Shown: positions 62,877 to 64,000 of the stretch, in pieces | Position numbering within the stretch: position 1 is the first letter of the stretch | Layout: each line of letters opens with the position of its first letter | NCBI GenBank assembly: GCA_964187785.1 | Contig: OZ076409.1 | Span: 53,756,001 to 53,820,000 of the forward strand | Length of the DNA: 64,000 bases | Direction of reading: 5' to 3' | Source of the DNA: Amphiscolops sp. MND2022 | Lineage: Eukaryota | Made by a program: the position numbers and the translations under genes | Notes under the pieces: generated by a model | Databases searched by the model: none | The model's input: only the letters and a program-made list of their open reading frames with translations | Told to the model about the DNA's origin: nothing

Positions 62877-63807
62877 GAACCTGACTCAATCCTTCTGCAG
62901 GCCCGTGATATTCAATGCCAGATCAGTGTGTCTGCTCAACTGTATGGTACTCAGGAATATAAAATTCTTTGATGCGAAGAATTACAAATCGTGGTAATAA
63001 TCAATTTGAGTATAGGAGACGAAAAGGGACGAAAATTTCTGGAACACAGACACAGGACATACATTATAATATAATAACATTATTTACACTTACCGACCAC
63101 TCTAGACTTAGAAACAACGTACGCGTAGTACAAAACGCAAGACGGTTAATTACTTATTTTATACATGGACGTCGTGGCCTAATATTTGGTTCTTACATCT
63201 ATAACTATGTACAATTCGTCTAATGTACTCTCACTATTATTATTTAGCCAAGATCTCCCTCATCGTGGATTGAACCTGCCAGTGAAATTCATGCCTTTAT
63301 TTCATTTTAGGGATTAGTTCATTTCGTAAATTAGTGTTAGTTTAATTGAAATCGCCATTTTGCTTGATTTCCATCAATTTTATTATTCTTTTATTTCTAA
63401 CACCTCATTGGTCACTTAAATTGATGTGGCCATGCGGACTGAAGGTCTTTGATGGTGAATTTGTTTATCGACAGTTAACCTGAGTTACCACTTATTACAC
63501 CTATTCACTGCTATCAAGTGGTTAGGTAAACAACTAGAAGGTCCTTCAAGAACCTATTAACATGAAGTTTACGTTAGTTGCCATTTCGGGAAATTGGGTA
63601 AAACCTACATATATGGAATGTTTGGTAAAGATTTAGGAAAGATCAGAAGCTGCTACCCCGCCGGGAAAATTCCGCGAAAAGGGAAAGACCGGCAGTCCAA
63701 GCGACCAGAAGAAAAATCATTCATCACAAATTGAAAAGCGTAAAACAGTCGAGTAAAGAAACCTCAAAATTGCGAAGAAAATTTTTCTTAGTAGAGTTCG
63801 AAACAGA

Positions 63808-64000
63808 ATGGAAATGAATCTACCATTCCATCTAGACGACCTCTCAGCTCTTCCAGTCAGTCCTAGTTACTACTCTTCTGATGAAGAAATGGATGTGGAC
63901 ATTCATTCAGTCAGTGCTAACCGAGACGAAGCTGAAGATAGTGATATAGAAGTGATCGCGTGTTACCGGCAAGTACCAATTCAGACAGAGGGACTAGTTG
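63808..64000 (+). CDS. Start of an acidic ORF of unknown function, truncated by the window edge
   Basis: ATG at 63808 is open to the end: MEMNLPFHLDDLSALPVSPSYYSSDEEMDVDIHSVSANRDEAEDSDIEVIACYRQ... Confidence 0.45.
   Translation, partial: MEMNLPFHLDDLSALPVSPSYYSSDEEMDVDIHSVSANRDEAEDSDIEVIACYRQVPIQTEGLV

Larger units (their letters stand above)
51069..64000 (+). mobile_element. Second Ty3/Gypsy-type retroelement, defective; boundaries unresolved (no LTR pair visible) and probably continuing beyond the window
   Basis: gag-pol at 51835-58181. Extent on either side is inferred only from the shared GAC-N5-GTC motif enrichment. Confidence 0.6.

Noticed and set aside
63426..63470. Spliced-leader RNA or ribozyme reading of the repeated leader motif
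   Set aside because: No convincing Sm site or hammerhead core (CUGANGA/GAAA with stems) in both copies.
51069..63700. GAC-N5-GTC as a restriction-modification signature (AhdI-type site)
   Set aside because: Eukaryotic context, and restriction would deplete rather than enrich sites.

Overview
AT-rich eukaryotic (invertebrate-like animal) genomic DNA, mostly transposon-derived. I cannot identify the species from the sequence. 1-14.7 kb: small non-autonomous repeats (a Helentron/DINE-like family, a pogo/Tigger remnant, a ~180-bp tandem array, local duplications). 14.7-34.2 kb: a foldback-like TIR element (8-bp TSD) interrupted by a complete 18.4-kb Ty3/Gypsy LTR retroelement. That element has 268-bp LTRs, gag-pol, a Ser/Thr/Pro-rich ORF, a chuvirus/gB-like envelope glycoprotein and extra 3' ORFs. 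34.3-42.0 kb: a defective hAT transposon and a degraded BEL/Pao element with 129-bp LTRs. 42.9-50.1 kb: two host genes, an intronless trypsin-family protein with the catalytic His replaced by Tyr, and a 4-exon GH20 beta-hexosaminidase. ~51-64 kb: a second, defective Gypsy element running off the window. Its pol is followed tail-to-tail by an intron-containing antisense gene for a BED-finger/hAT-transposase-like protein. The whole 13-kb block is studded with the spaced palindrome (G)GAC-N5-GTC(C). This protein-plus-motif pairing is the most novel-looking signal. All coordinates and counts were made by eye.
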